Source: Chitinophaga pinensis | GTDB taxonomy: Bacteria; Bacteroidota; Bacteroidia; UKL13-3 | Reading direction: 5' to 3' | DNA: 53,487 nucleotides | NCBI GenBank assembly: GCA_945873755.1 | Contig: CAMCEM010000005.1 | Location: forward strand, 1 to 53,487 | Shown: in pieces, positions 28,885-40,098 of the stretch | Numbering within the stretch: position 1 is the stretch's first letter | Layout: each line of letters opens with the position of its first letter | Program-made: the position numbers and the translations under genes | The notes under the pieces: model-generated | What the model saw: the letters and a program-made list of their open reading frames with translations, nothing else | The model's database searches: none | What the model was told of the DNA's origin: nothing

Positions 28885-29409
28885 TTAAATTTTTTCTTCT
28901 TTCAAAAAAGGAATATTTATTTTTAATAAATAATAAGCCCCAAATAACAATATTGTAAATAATATATCGCTTTGAACTGACGATTTAAAGAATGGCAAAG
29001 CAGCAAAATAACTTTGAAACACACCAGCAAAACTATGAGGATAAAGCATATTGTCGGCTGAATATACGAATGTAAAATTAGTTACTAAATAAAAAATAAT
29101 TGAACCCAATAAAGAAGAACCTAAAATTGACAATGGATTGTTTTTGTTTGTAACAAAAATACCAATAACGCTAAACAATGCGGTACAAGTATAAACTGGA
29201 ATCATTCCTGCACCATATAATCCAATAAATATATCGCTTATAAATAAAGCAATCAAAGGCAATGCAACTGCCAAATATCTATTGGCTATAAATGCTCCTG
29301 AAAATAAAGCTATTGCGCCCATTGGCGAAAAATTAGATTGAAAAGGTAAAAAGCGACTTAAAGCAGCAATGGCTATTAAAGTTACTATGGTTATAAATTT
29401 TTTGTTCAT
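28885..29409 (-). CDS. DUF6580-like putative transport membrane protein
   Basis: NFSPMGAIALFSGA, SDIFIG, FYLVTNF, ALPFF; multiple TM segments. Confidence 0.75.
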   Translation of the reverse strand: MNKKFITIVTLIAIAALSRFLPFQSNFSPMGAIALFSGAFIANRYLAVALPLIALFISDIFIGLYGAGMIPVYTCTALFSVIGIFVTNKNNPLSILGSSLLGSIIFYLVTNFTFVYSADNMLYPHSFAGVFQSYFAALPFFKSSVQSDILFTILLFGAYYLLKINIPFLKEEKI

Positions 29410-29633
29410 TTTTATGTTTTACTGATATTATATTCTGCGAAAGTAATTGATATAGTTAAAAAATAAAAGTATTTATTAATTCAATTATTTAACAATTTGT
29501 GTATTACAAATGAATATAATAATCAACCGTTTAATTGCAAAAAATGCCATTAAGCAATTTTTCATTCTAATAATTATTTAAATTTATACATATTGCACTC
29601 AATTAAATTATTAAAAATTTAAAATAAAATAAT

Positions 29634-32495
29634 ATGAAAAAGAATTTTTTACTTTTTACATTAGTTTTTGGTATTACTTTATACTCAAATCTAAAAGCAC
29701 AAGGTCAGCCTGCTGTTTCAAACCAAACAGTTTTAATTGAAAAGGTGGAAGCAAAACCAGGTGAATTAAAAATAGCTTACGAAAAATATAAGCTTCCTAA
29801 TGGTTTAACTTTAATTATTCACGAAGATCATTCAGATCCTTTGGTTCACGTTGAGGTAACTTACCACGTGGGTTCAGCAAGAGAAGCTGCAGGAAAATCG
29901 GGCTTTGCACATTTGTTCGAACATATGTTGTTTCAAGGTTCAGAACATGTAAAAGACGAAGAACATTTTAAAATGGTGTCGGCAGCTGGTGGGCAAATGA
30001 ACGGAAATACTACAAGAGACAGGACAACTTATTTTGAAACAGTTCCTTCAAATTACTTAGAAACTGCTTTGTGGTTAGAGTCTGACAGAATGGGTTTTTT
30101 ATTAGATTCATTAACAACTAAAAAATTTGAAGTTCAACGCTCTACTGTAAAAAATGAAAAAGGACAAAATGTAGACAATGTTCCTTACGGAAAAGTTAAT
30201 GAAATTCGTGATCAAAATATGTATCCAATGGAACATCCATACAGTTGGCCAGTTATTGGCTACTTAAGAGATTTAGATAACGCAACAATTGAAGATGTAA
30301 AAAACTTTTTTATGCGTTGGTATGCACCTAATAATGCTTCTTTAATTATTAGTGGTGATGTAAACCCTGCTGAAGCAATTAAATTAGTTGAAAAATATTT
30401 TGGTCCAATTCCTAAAGGACCAGAAGTTAGAAAGCAAAGAGTAGAATCGTTTAGATTAGCAGATAATAAATATTTAAATTATCCAGACAAAGTATATTTT
30501 CCAATGAACGAATATACTTGGCCTACAGTGGCTCAATACCATGCAGATGAACCTGCTTTAGATTATTTAGGTGGTATTTTAAGCCAAGGTAAAAATTCTA
30601 TTTTTTATAAAAACTTAATTAAACCTGAAAAAGTGGTTGAAGCTGGAGCATACAATAGTGGTTCAGAGTTGGGTGGCGAGTTTGTAATTGATTTATTTAC
30701 GTTTCCTGGAAGTGAAGAAAATGAAGAAAAATTAATGATGCAATGTTTAGCAGAATTTAACGAAAAAGGTGTTACTGACGAACAAATTGAAGCTGCTTAT
30801 AAGCAAATTGAAAACTCTTTAATTGGCGCTATTGAAAGCGTTCAAGGTCGCTCATCTTTACTAATGTTTTTTCAATACATTCACAATGGAAAATCTTATA
30901 ATTTAAACGAGGAGTTAGCACGTTACAAAAAAGTAACCAAAGAAGATGTAATGCGCGTTTTTAGAAAATATATTTACAATGTAAGCACCAAAACAAGTCA
31001 AAACTTTGTTAAAGTTAGGGTATTTCCTAAAGATTTAAATGCTGCAAACAAGCAAGAGTATGTGCACAAAGATCCTGAAATGGAAAAAGGAACTAACGAG
31101 TTAGAATACAAAGGCTTGACTTACAACAAGGCAGTTGATAATTTTGATAGAAGTATTAAACCTACTCCTACATCGCCTAAATCAGTAACTGTTCCTACTT
31201 ATTGGCAAACTATTTTACCTAATGGTATAAAAATTATTGGCACACGCTCAACTGAGACACCAAATATAGATATTACCATTAGAATGAAAGGTGGAAACAT
31301 GGTGTTAGACCCAGGTAAAACAGGATTGGCAAGTTTAACCGCAAGTATGATGGGCGAGGCTACTCAAACCAAAACAGGCGAGCAATTAGATGCAGCCATA
31401 CAAAAACTTGGTGGTGGATTTGGCTTTAGTGCTGGTTTTGATGCAAATTTTGCTTCTGTTGGTTGTCAAAAGAAAGATTTAGATGCTATGTTGAATTTAT
31501 TTGAAGATGCATTGATGCACCCTAAGTTTAACGCTGACGACTACAAACGTATTTCGAACCAAACCTACCAAAATGTAGAACAAAGTATGCAAAATGTTTC
31601 AGTTGCTGGAGGTATGGTTTTTAGACGTTTAATGTATGGTAAAAATTCTATACAAGGCGTGCCTGCTAGTGGTACAACCAAATCAATTAAAAGTTTAAGC
31701 ATAAAAGATGTACAAAACTATTACGACAAATATTATGCTCCTGATTTTGCAACAGTAGTAGTTATTGGCGACTTAAGCCAAGAAGAAGTTTTAGCCAAAT
31801 TAAAATTTTTAAATAACTGGACTAAAAAGAATGTAGTAATACCTACATTACCACAACCACCTGCAGTGGAGCAAACTCAAATATATATTGTAGATAAATA
31901 CAAAGCTCCACAATCGCAAATATTTGTGGGTACTCCTGCAATGGCTTACGATTGGGATGGAAAATTCTTTAAATCTACTTTAATGAACTTTGTATTGGGT
32001 GGAAACTTTAATAGCCGTTTAAACTTAAACTTACGCGAAGACAAAGGATTTACCTATGGAATTTATAGTGGTGTAAGCGGAACTGAATTTAATGGTGTTT
32101 GGTCTACTTCTGCCGGAGTTAGGGCTAGCTCTACTGATAGTTCGGTACGTGAGATTTTAAAAGAAATAAAATTATTACGTGATAGAGGAATTGATGATGA
32201 TGAATTAGGATTTATTAAATCATCAATTGGGCAAAGCGATGCTTTAAGATATGAATCGAATGGTGATAAAGCAGGGTTTTTAAGCTTAATAGCTGAAAAG
32301 AACTTGCCATCTGACTATATTAATCGCCAAAAGGCCATACTGAATGCTTTAACCAAAGAAGAAGTACAACAATTGGCCAATGAAGTAATTAACCCTGATA
32401 AATTAATTATAGTAGTGGTAGGCGATAGAGATAAAATAACTGAACCTTTAAAAAAATTAGGTTATAAAGTAATACCTGCTAGTCCTTTTGAATAA
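29634..32495 (+). CDS. M16-family (PqqL/insulinase-like) zinc peptidase
   Basis: Signal peptide; inverted zinc motif AHLFEHML; SRLNLNLREDKGFTY. Confidence 0.93.
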   Translation: MKKNFLLFTLVFGITLYSNLKAQGQPAVSNQTVLIEKVEAKPGELKIAYEKYKLPNGLTLIIHEDHSDPLVHVEVTYHVGSAREAAGKSGFAHLFEHMLFQGSEHVKDEEHFKMVSAAGGQMNGNTTRDRTTYFETVPSNYLETALWLESDRMGFLLDSLTTKKFEVQRSTVKNEKGQNVDNVPYGKVNEIRDQNMYPMEHPYSWPVIGYLRDLDNATIEDVKNFFMRWYAPNNASLIISGDVNPAEAIKLVEKYFGPIPKGPEVRKQRVESFRLADNKYLNYPDKVYFPMNEYTWPTVAQYHADEPALDYLGGILSQGKNSIFYKNLIKPEKVVEAGAYNSGSELGGEFVIDLFTFPGSEENEEKLMMQCLAEFNEKGVTDEQIEAAYKQIENSLIGAIESVQGRSSLLMFFQYIHNGKSYNLNEELARYKKVTKEDVMRVFRKYIYNVSTKTSQNFVKVRVFPKDLNAANKQEYVHKDPEMEKGTNELEYKGLTYNKAVDNFDRSIKPTPTSPKSVTVPTYWQTILPNGIKIIGTRSTETPNIDITIRMKGGNMVLDPGKTGLASLTASMMGEATQTKTGEQLDAAIQKLGGGFGFSAGFDANFASVGCQKKDLDAMLNLFEDALMHPKFNADDYKRISNQTYQNVEQSMQNVSVAGGMVFRRLMYGKNSIQGVPASGTTKSIKSLSIKDVQNYYDKYYAPDFATVVVIGDLSQEEVLAKLKFLNNWTKKNVVIPTLPQPPAVEQTQIYIVDKYKAPQSQIFVGTPAMAYDWDGKFFKSTLMNFVLGGNFNSRLNLNLREDKGFTYGIYSGVSGTEFNGVWSTSAGVRASSTDSSVREILKEIKLLRDRGIDDDELGFIKSSIGQSDALRYESNGDKAGFLSLIAEKNLPSDYINRQKAILNALTKEEVQQLANEVINPDKLIIVVVGDRDKITEPLKKLGYKVIPASPFE

Positions 32496-32534
32496 TTGAT
32501 TTGGAGATATGGAGATTAATTGATTTCCAAGTTT

Positions 32535-32574
32535 AAAAAGCCCTTTAAAACAGTAGTTTTAAAGGGCTTTTTTT
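32535..32574 (+). terminator. Intrinsic terminator, copy 1
   Basis: aaaagccctttaaaac / gttttaaagggctttt plus T tail. Confidence 0.88.
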
Positions 32575-32830
32575 ATTTTTAAAATTTAAAATAAATAAGG
32601 TAAAAAATAGAATTACAAGTTAGGAATAAAAATCTCAAAAAATAATATTCATCCATTGTTCAAAAATCATCAATCAACACTAATCATTTTAAGAAACCAT
32701 ATATACTGATAATAGTTGATTTAAAACAACATCTTTGTATACCACAGTCATAATTAAATAGTTATTTATAAATAAACTTTGATAAACAATTAAAGTGCGG
32801 AGTCAGCACGATAAACTCTGACACAAAAAA

Positions 32831-33718
32831 ATGAAAAAGTTAAAAACAATTATGATTGCTATATTATTAGCAGTAGTATTTAATGTTAGAGCTCAAATCC
32901 CAAATAATGGGTTTGAAACGTGGGAAAGTTATACAGATAAATATACCAATCATGTATATCAAAAACCAGATTTATGGAATGGATCGTTGCCAAACAATTC
33001 GGTTTATTCTTATTCTCTAACAAAAAATCCTGAAAGTTATCCTCCTGGAACTGGATTATTTTCTTTGAAAATTCAAGCAGACCTTACAAATGGAGTTAGG
33101 GGTGTAGCAATAAGTAATGATGGAGCAGATTCAATGACAAATTGGATACCAAGACCATCATTTGCTCTAAACAGAAGACCAGATTCATTGTATTTGTATT
33201 ACAAATGTTTTCCTTATGGAGGAGATACAATTATTGGTATTGTATATTTTTATAAAAATGGAGTTGTAATTGGCAATCCTTCATTTGGAACTACAGAAAC
33301 TGTTTCAAATTGGACTTCATTAGCAATACCTATGACTTATAATAATAATGATGTTCCCGATTCGGCTACAATACTATTTGTAACAGGTGCATACGTTCAA
33401 CATTCTCAATCAACTTTATTTTTGGATAATTTAAGTTTCAATGGTTATGTTACATCTGTTCCTAAAAGTATTGAAGAAAATACTAAATTTAATTTGTACC
33501 CTAATCCTGCTTCTGAAACAGTTAATTTGAATATTGATTATAAAAATAACGTTGATTTGGTGTTGAATATTTATAACTTAATGGGCACTTTAGTTAAATC
33601 TGAAAAACTAAACCAAAATCAGCAGGAAGTTAAAGTTAGTGATTTAAACAATGGAACATATATCATTGAAATCAAGTCGAATGAATGGACAAAAAAACAA
33701 AAGCTAATTATTGAATGA
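32831..33718 (+). CDS. T9SS type A sorting domain-containing protein (carbohydrate-binding-like N-domain)
   Basis: Signal peptide, QIPNNGFE.W, LFLDNLSF, LYPNPA...NGTYII..KLIIE. Confidence 0.85.
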   Translation: MKKLKTIMIAILLAVVFNVRAQIPNNGFETWESYTDKYTNHVYQKPDLWNGSLPNNSVYSYSLTKNPESYPPGTGLFSLKIQADLTNGVRGVAISNDGADSMTNWIPRPSFALNRRPDSLYLYYKCFPYGGDTIIGIVYFYKNGVVIGNPSFGTTETVSNWTSLAIPMTYNNNDVPDSATILFVTGAYVQHSQSTLFLDNLSFNGYVTSVPKSIEENTKFNLYPNPASETVNLNIDYKNNVDLVLNIYNLMGTLVKSEKLNQNQQEVKVSDLNNGTYIIEIKSNEWTKKQKLIIE

Positions 33719-33851
33719 TTAAAATAAAGTAAAGCCTTTCTAGCTTTTTAAAAAGTTGGTTTTTATTAAAAAAATATAAGTGTTCCATAATTTTTTACAA
33801 AAGGAACATAATTTTTTTTAAATATATTATTTATTGGAAATATTGTTAAAT

Positions 33852-33890
33852 AAAAGCCCTTTAAAACCTTCGTTTTAAAAGGCTTTTTTT
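33852..33890 (+). terminator. Intrinsic terminator, copy 2 (near-identical to the one at 32535)
   Basis: aaaagccctttaaaac / gttttaaaaggctttt plus T tail. Confidence 0.82.
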
Positions 33891-34049
33891 GTGGGTAAAA
33901 CAATCCACAATTCATTGAAAAAATGTGGGTATTTTATAACTGTAAACTCCATTAAAATCAATATATTTGAATGTTATCGGTTTTTTATATTTATGTTAAT
34001 TAATTTAAAAGTAAATCATTTAAAAATCAGGTAGTTTAAAAATTAAAAT

Positions 34050-36707
34050 ATGGCAGAAGACAGAATTATACCCATCAACATTGAAGATGAAATGAAAACC
34101 GCATACATCGATTACTCGATGTCGGTTATTGTAAGTCGTGCATTACCCGATGTACGCGATGGTTTAAAACCAGTTCACCGCAGGGTTTTATACGGAATGA
34201 CCGATTTAGGTTTAGCCTCAAATCGTCCTCACAAAAAATCGGCTCGTATTGTGGGCGAAGTATTAGGTAAATACCATCCACATGGCGATTCATCGGTTTA
34301 CGATACCATGGTGCGTATGGCTCAAGATTGGAGCATGCGATACACTTTAGTTGATGGACAAGGAAACTTTGGTTCAGTAGATGGTGATCCACCAGCTGCT
34401 ATGCGTTATACTGAAGCCCGCTTAAAGAAAATAGCTGAAGAACTTTTAAACGACATTGAAAAAGATACAGTTGATTTCCGTCCAAACTTTGACGATAGTT
34501 TGCAAGAACCAACCGTATTGCCTGCAAAATTTCCTAATTTATTGGTAAACGGAGCATCGGGAATTGCAGTGGGAATGGCCACAAACATGGCTCCTCATAA
34601 TTTAACCGAAGCCATTAATGGCATAATAGCCTACATTGATAACAGAGATATTACTATTCCTGAATTGATGAAATTTATTAAGGCGCCAGATTTTCCTACA
34701 GGTGGAATTATTTACGGTTACGAAGGGGTGAAAGATGCTTTTGAAACTGGTCGTGGCAGAATTGTAATGCGTGCCAAAGCTATTTTTGAAACTAGCAAAA
34801 CTGGGAAAGATCAAATTGTAGTTAACGAAATTCCTTATCAAGTAAATAAATCGACTTTAATTAAGCAAACTGCCGATTTAGTAAACGAAAAGGTAATTGA
34901 AGGCATTAGCGATGTGCGCGATGAAAGCGATAGAGATGGAATGCGCATAGTTTATGATTTAAAACGAGATGCAGTTCCAAATGTAGTATTAAACAAACTT
35001 TTTAAATACACTCAATTACAAACTTCATTCAGTGTAAATAATGTTTGTTTGGTAAAAGGCCGCCCCGAAATGTTAAATCTTAAAGGTTTAATTACTCATT
35101 TTGTGGCACACAGACACGATGTGGTTGTTCGCAGAACACAATACGAATTAGCAGAAGCTGAAAAACGTGCGCATATTTTGGAAGGATTATTAATTGCTTT
35201 GGATCATTTAGACCAAGTAATTAAATTAATTCGTGATTCACAAACGCCAGAAGAAGCTAAAAACGGTTTAGTTGAAACTTTCAAACTTTCTGAAATACAA
35301 GCAAAAGCTATTTTAGACATGCGTTTGCAACGTTTAACTGGATTGGAACGTGATAAAATAAAAGCGGAGTTTGATGAGTTAATGAAAACCATTGCACATT
35401 TAAACGAAATATTGAATAACGAGCCAATGCGTTACCAAATTATAAAAGACGAATTGGTAGAAATGCGCGAAAAGTATGGCGATGAAAGACGCAGTGTAAT
35501 AGAAATGGTGGGCAATGAAATGAGCATGGAAGACTTAATTCCTGATGATGAAGTGGTAATTACTATTTCGCATTTGGGTTATGTAAAACGCACTTCATTA
35601 AGCGAATACCGTACACAAGCCCGAGGAGGAAGAGGAAGCCGAGGAGTTGCTAAACGCCAAGAAGATTTTGTGGAGCATATTTTTATGGCCACTAACCATA
35701 ATTATTTATTGTTATTTACCGAACAAGGCAGGTGTTTCTGGTTACGAGTATTTGAAATTCCTGAAGGTGAAAAAGCAACCAAAGGAAGAGCCATTCAAAA
35801 CTTAATTAACATTCCGGTTGACGATAAAGTAAAAGCATTCTTAAATGTAAAAAGCTTAAGCAATCCTGAATATATTAACCAAATGAATGTAATTATGGTT
35901 ACTCAACAAGGTACCATTAAGAAAACTACTTTGGAAGCATATAGCCGTCCACGTTTAAATGGTATCAATTCTATGAATGTTCGTGAAGGCGATCAATTGG
36001 TAGAAGCTAGGTTAACAAACGGAACTTGCGAAATGGTGATTGCGAGTAGAAATGGTAAAGCCATTCGTTTCAACGAAAGCACAGTTCGCCCAATGGGAAG
36101 AAGTGCTACTGGAGTAAGAGCAATTCGTTTGGCTGAAGGCGATGAAGTAATTGGAATGGTTTCTATTGAAGATCCTAAAGTAACTAACGTGTTGGTTGTT
36201 TCTGAAAATGGAATGGGTAAACGCAGTGAAGTAGAAGATTATAGAATTACCAACCGAGGTGGTAAAGGAGTAATGGCCATGAATGTTACCGAAAAAACCG
36301 GTAAATTAGTAGCTATTAAAGATGTGGATGATACCATGGACGTAATGATTATTAACAAAAGCGGTATTACCATTCGTTTAAGCATGAAAGATTTAAGAGT
36401 AATCGGACGTGTGACACAAGGTGTTCGTTTAATTAATATTGGTGGTAAAGATGAAATAGCAAGTGTTGCTAAAATCAATTATATACCAGGCGATGATGAC
36501 GAAGAAGTAATTGAATTAGATGAAAATGGAAATCCAATTATTGTTGAAAAAGTTGTTGAATTAGATGAAGAAGGAAATCCAATTGTAATAGAAGCCATTA
36601 CCAGTAAATTAATGGATGAAATAGTGGATAGAGCAATGGATGATGCAGAAATAAATCCTAATACTGACGAAGAAGAGGAAGAAGACGAAACTCCTCCAAC
36701 GGAGTAA
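34050..36707 (+). CDS. gyrA: DNA gyrase subunit A
   Basis: [29 protein letters not shown], GyrA-box QARGGRG, acidic tail. Confidence 0.98.
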   Translation: MAEDRIIPINIEDEMKTAYIDYSMSVIVSRALPDVRDGLKPVHRRVLYGMTDLGLASNRPHKKSARIVGEVLGKYHPHGDSSVYDTMVRMAQDWSMRYTLVDGQGNFGSVDGDPPAAMRYTEARLKKIAEELLNDIEKDTVDFRPNFDDSLQEPTVLPAKFPNLLVNGASGIAVGMATNMAPHNLTEAINGIIAYIDNRDITIPELMKFIKAPDFPTGGIIYGYEGVKDAFETGRGRIVMRAKAIFETSKTGKDQIVVNEIPYQVNKSTLIKQTADLVNEKVIEGISDVRDESDRDGMRIVYDLKRDAVPNVVLNKLFKYTQLQTSFSVNNVCLVKGRPEMLNLKGLITHFVAHRHDVVVRRTQYELAEAEKRAHILEGLLIALDHLDQVIKLIRDSQTPEEAKNGLVETFKLSEIQAKAILDMRLQRLTGLERDKIKAEFDELMKTIAHLNEILNNEPMRYQIIKDELVEMREKYGDERRSVIEMVGNEMSMEDLIPDDEVVITISHLGYVKRTSLSEYRTQARGGRGSRGVAKRQEDFVEHIFMATNHNYLLLFTEQGRCFWLRVFEIPEGEKATKGRAIQNLINIPVDDKVKAFLNVKSLSNPEYINQMNVIMVTQQGTIKKTTLEAYSRPRLNGINSMNVREGDQLVEARLTNGTCEMVIASRNGKAIRFNESTVRPMGRSATGVRAIRLAEGDEVIGMVSIEDPKVTNVLVVSENGMGKRSEVEDYRITNRGGKGVMAMNVTEKTGKLVAIKDVDDTMDVMIINKSGITIRLSMKDLRVIGRVTQGVRLINIGGKDEIASVAKINYIPGDDDEEVIELDENGNPIIVEKVVELDEEGNPIVIEAITSKLMDEIVDRAMDDAEINPNTDEEEEEDETPPTE

Positions 36708-36724
36708 TAAATTCAATAACAAAT

Positions 36725-36759
36725 AAAACCTCCAAGTTTAAAAGCTTGGAGGTTTTTTT
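36725..36759 (+). terminator. Intrinsic terminator after gyrA
   Basis: aaaacctccaag / cttggaggtttt plus T tail. Confidence 0.88.
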
Positions 36760-36809
36760 ATGTCAGAAAAAAATTGATAATTCGTATATTCATTTTTTAA
36801 ATAATAGCT

Positions 36810-38093
36810 ATGAAATCAACTAGAAAAAATTTTATTAAAACTGGGTTTACTGCTTTAATGGCTGGTAGTGTTGTAAATGAATTATTAGCAAATAATAATA
36901 CTTTTTTACCTAATACATCATCCACTGAAATAGCCAATAACGATGAATATTATTGGAAAACCATAAGGCAACATTTTCCTTTAAACCCCGATTTAATTTA
37001 CTTGAACAATGGCACTATGGGACCATCGCCTTATCCAGTTATTGAAGCTGTAAAAAAAGGAATGATGGAAGGTGATGTAAATGGTGGATATGGTGGTTGG
37101 GAAAATACTGCAATAAAACTAGCCAAATTTGTGAATGTAAATGAGGATGAAATAGGATTAACACACAATGTAACCGAAGGAATAAACATAGCTTGCTGGG
37201 GTTTGCCATTAAAAAAAGGCGATGAGGTAATAATGAATACCCACGAGCATGTAGGCAATGCATTGCCTTGGCTAAATAGACAAAAAGTGCATGGCATTGT
37301 TATAAAAACATTTACTCCATCATTAACCGCAGCCGAAACTTTAAAAAGTATTGAAGCATTAATTACAAAAAAAACAAAGGCTATTGCAGTGCCACATATT
37401 CCGTGTACACAAGGGCAAATATTACCCGTACCTGAAATTGTAAAACTTGCTAAAAGTAAAAACATTTTTTCAATAATTGATGGTGCGCATGGAGCAGGAA
37501 TGTTGCCTTTAAGTTTACATGAATTGGGTTGCGATGTATATGTAAGTTGTTGCCATAAATGGATGCTTGGGCCAAAGGGAACTGGATTTATTTATGTTAG
37601 AAAAGAATTTCAGGATACACTGCAAGCATACTTTGTAGGTGCTGGTGGCGATGATAATAAATGGAACATGATGAGTAATCCGCCTAAAATGGAAAACTAT
37701 GCACCTTCAGCCCACAGGTATTATGGAGGAACACAATCGTTAGGATTGTATAAAGGAGTTGATGCTGCCATAGATTTTATAGAAACCATTGGCAAACAAA
37801 ATATTTATAACCGCATTAATTATTTAGGAAAATACACACAAGATGCATTGATTAATTTAGGTGATAGAATAGAAATAATAACGCCAACTGAACAACAATC
37901 GAGGTGTGCAATTAATGGTTTTAAAATAAAGGGAATTGAGTCGGCTAAGTTTTACCAAATTGCTGCTGAAAATAAAATAAGAATAAGGCAAGTACCCGAA
38001 AATGGATTAAACTCATTGAGGGTTTCAACCCATATTTATAACAATACTATTGAAATAGATAAGTTAATTGATTTAATAAAAAAGAGTTTGTAA
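36810..38093 (+). CDS. Class V-fold PLP-dependent enzyme (isopenicillin-N epimerase/lyase-like) with Tat-like leader
   Basis: YLNNGTMG, HEH, DGAHG, CHKWMLGPKGTG, RVSTHIYN; N-terminal STRKNFIK. Confidence 0.85.
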   Translation: MKSTRKNFIKTGFTALMAGSVVNELLANNNTFLPNTSSTEIANNDEYYWKTIRQHFPLNPDLIYLNNGTMGPSPYPVIEAVKKGMMEGDVNGGYGGWENTAIKLAKFVNVNEDEIGLTHNVTEGINIACWGLPLKKGDEVIMNTHEHVGNALPWLNRQKVHGIVIKTFTPSLTAAETLKSIEALITKKTKAIAVPHIPCTQGQILPVPEIVKLAKSKNIFSIIDGAHGAGMLPLSLHELGCDVYVSCCHKWMLGPKGTGFIYVRKEFQDTLQAYFVGAGGDDNKWNMMSNPPKMENYAPSAHRYYGGTQSLGLYKGVDAAIDFIETIGKQNIYNRINYLGKYTQDALINLGDRIEIITPTEQQSRCAINGFKIKGIESAKFYQIAAENKIRIRQVPENGLNSLRVSTHIYNNTIEIDKLIDLIKKSL

Positions 38094-38204
38094 ATAGAAA
38101 AGCTATTTTAACTTTTTAGTTTGTTAGTTAATGGAAAGTATTCTTGAATTTGATTAACAGATCACAAACATAGGATGACTAATTATGGGGTTTTATAATT
38201 CCAA

Positions 38205-39533
38205 TTATCTTTTAAATGGCATGTTGCGCATATTCATTCCTGCGCCACCCATTTTATTCATGGAACGCATCATTTTACGCATTTCTTCAAATTGTTTTAG
38301 CAACTGATTTACTTGTTGTATATCGGTGCCACTTCCCAATGCAACACGTTTTCTCCTGTTGCCATTTAGTATATCGGGCGTTTTGCGTTCAGCTGGAGTC
38401 ATTGAGTTTATAATGGCTTCAATTCCTTTAAAAGCATCATCGCTTATGTCAATGTCTTTAATCGATTTACCAACACCAGGAATCATTGCCATTAAATCTT
38501 TAAGATTACCCATTTTCTTTATTTGTTGAATTTGGCTATAAAAATCTTCAAAAGTAAATTGGTCTTTTAATAATTTCTTTTGAATTTTTGCAGCTTCTTC
38601 ATCATCAAAAACAGATTGAGCACGTTCAACCAAAGTTACAATATCGCCCATTCCTAATATTCGTTGGGCCATCCTATCAGGGTGAAAAACATCGAGTGCT
38701 TCCATTTTTTCGCCCATACCCACAAACTTTATTGGCTTTTCAACTACTGTTTTAATTGAAAGGGCAGCTCCACCCCTAGTATCACCATCTAATTTTGTTA
38801 AAATTACACCTGTAAAATCTAACACATCGTTAAATGCTTTTGCAGTATTTACAGCATCTTGCCCTGTCATTGAATCAACAACAAACAAAATTTCTTGTGG
38901 CTTAACGGTATTTTTAATGTTACCAATTTCAGCCATCATTTCCTCATCAATACTTAAACGACCCGCAGTATCAATAATTAATATTTTATGCTTACCATCT
39001 TTAGCAGCATTCAAAGCATTTTCAGCAATTTGAACTGGATTTTTGTTTTCCATTTCATAATAAACTGGTACTTCTATTTGCTCACCTAAAACTATTAATT
39101 GCTGAATAGCAGCAGGACGATAAACATCGGCAGCAGCCAAAAGCACACTTTTACCTTGCTTTTTAAAGTAATGAGCTAGTTTGGCTGAATGGGTTGTTTT
39201 TCCGCTTCCTTGTAAACCCGCCATTAAAATTACAGTAGGGTTACCGGTGGTATTTATATTTTCAGTTTGGCCACCTAATAACTGAGTTAATTCGTCATTA
39301 ACAACTTTTACCATTAGTTGTCCAGGACTTAAACTAGTTAATACATTTAATCCTAATGCTTTTTCTTTAACAGTATCAGTAAATTGTTTTGCTATTTTAT
39401 AATTAACATCGGCATCTATTAAGGCTTTACGAATTTCTTTTACTGTTTCAGCAACATTAATTTCAGTAATTTTACCTTGTCCTTTTAAGGTTTTAAATGC
39501 TTTATCTAATTTACTACTTAAACTTTCAAACAT
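38205..39533 (-). CDS. ffh: Signal recognition particle protein
   Basis: GLQGSGKTT, DTAGR, TKLDGD.RGGA, Met-rich M domain. Confidence 0.98.
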   Translation of the reverse strand: MFESLSSKLDKAFKTLKGQGKITEINVAETVKEIRKALIDADVNYKIAKQFTDTVKEKALGLNVLTSLSPGQLMVKVVNDELTQLLGGQTENINTTGNPTVILMAGLQGSGKTTHSAKLAHYFKKQGKSVLLAAADVYRPAAIQQLIVLGEQIEVPVYYEMENKNPVQIAENALNAAKDGKHKILIIDTAGRLSIDEEMMAEIGNIKNTVKPQEILFVVDSMTGQDAVNTAKAFNDVLDFTGVILTKLDGDTRGGAALSIKTVVEKPIKFVGMGEKMEALDVFHPDRMAQRILGMGDIVTLVERAQSVFDDEEAAKIQKKLLKDQFTFEDFYSQIQQIKKMGNLKDLMAMIPGVGKSIKDIDISDDAFKGIEAIINSMTPAERKTPDILNGNRRKRVALGSGTDIQQVNQLLKQFEEMRKMMRSMNKMGGAGMNMRNMPFKR

Positions 39534-39622
39534 AAATATTATTTTTTTCGGTTGGCGAAGATATACTTTATTTAAAAATGAAAAAATGTAATAATTGTAA
39601 GTAATCTATAGTAATTACTCAT

Positions 39623-39655
39623 AAAAAAAGCTGTTCTATTTGTGAACAGCTTTTT
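39623..39655 (-). terminator. Intrinsic terminator
   Basis: aaaaagctgttc / gaacagcttttt. Confidence 0.85.
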
Positions 39656-39659
39656 AATT

Positions 39660-40037
39660 TTAAGCACCTATACAACTTTTTAAATCATGTATTTGACTAT
39701 CCCAAAGTTGCTCTGTATTTTTTTCATCTCCCTCATCGGCATAATCAGTAATAATTAAAGCCACGTCATCAGTTAGTTCATCTACATTAATATCAAATTC
39801 TAAAAACTCGTCTTTAGCAGTATTCATCCACTTAAATTTCATGCTTTTGTTATTTACTTTTTTAAGCAGCTCGGCACTTGTTTCTTCTCCATCCCACTTA
39901 AATTTAAATACATTATTTCTAATATCTACATCGTTGCAAAACCATTGTGATAAGCCACTTGGTGAACTAATGTAATTAAATAACAATGAAGGCGATGCCT
40001 TAATTGGAAATTCTATTTTAACTTGTACGCGAGCCAT
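39660..40037 (-). CDS. START-like (SRPBCC) domain protein
   Basis: SPSGLSQWFC.DV, F.W, ITDY, LWDSQI..LK pattern. Confidence 0.82.
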   Translation of the reverse strand: MARVQVKIEFPIKASPSLLFNYISSPSGLSQWFCNDVDIRNNVFKFKWDGEETSAELLKKVNNKSMKFKWMNTAKDEFLEFDINVDELTDDVALIITDYADEGDEKNTEQLWDSQIHDLKSCIGA

Positions 40038-40066
40038 GAGTAAAAATTTTTAAAAGTGATTATTAG

Positions 40067-40074
40067 CAAATATA
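40067..40074 (-). promoter_or_regulatory. Putative -7 box (TATATTTG)
   Basis: TAnnTTTG match upstream of 40037. Confidence 0.5.
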
Positions 40075-40098
40075 ATTTTTCCTTTCACTTTTCAAAGT

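Noticed and set aside
29410-29633. Cobalamin riboswitch upstream of the DUF6580-like gene
   Set aside because: No GC-containing B12-box or stems are visible.
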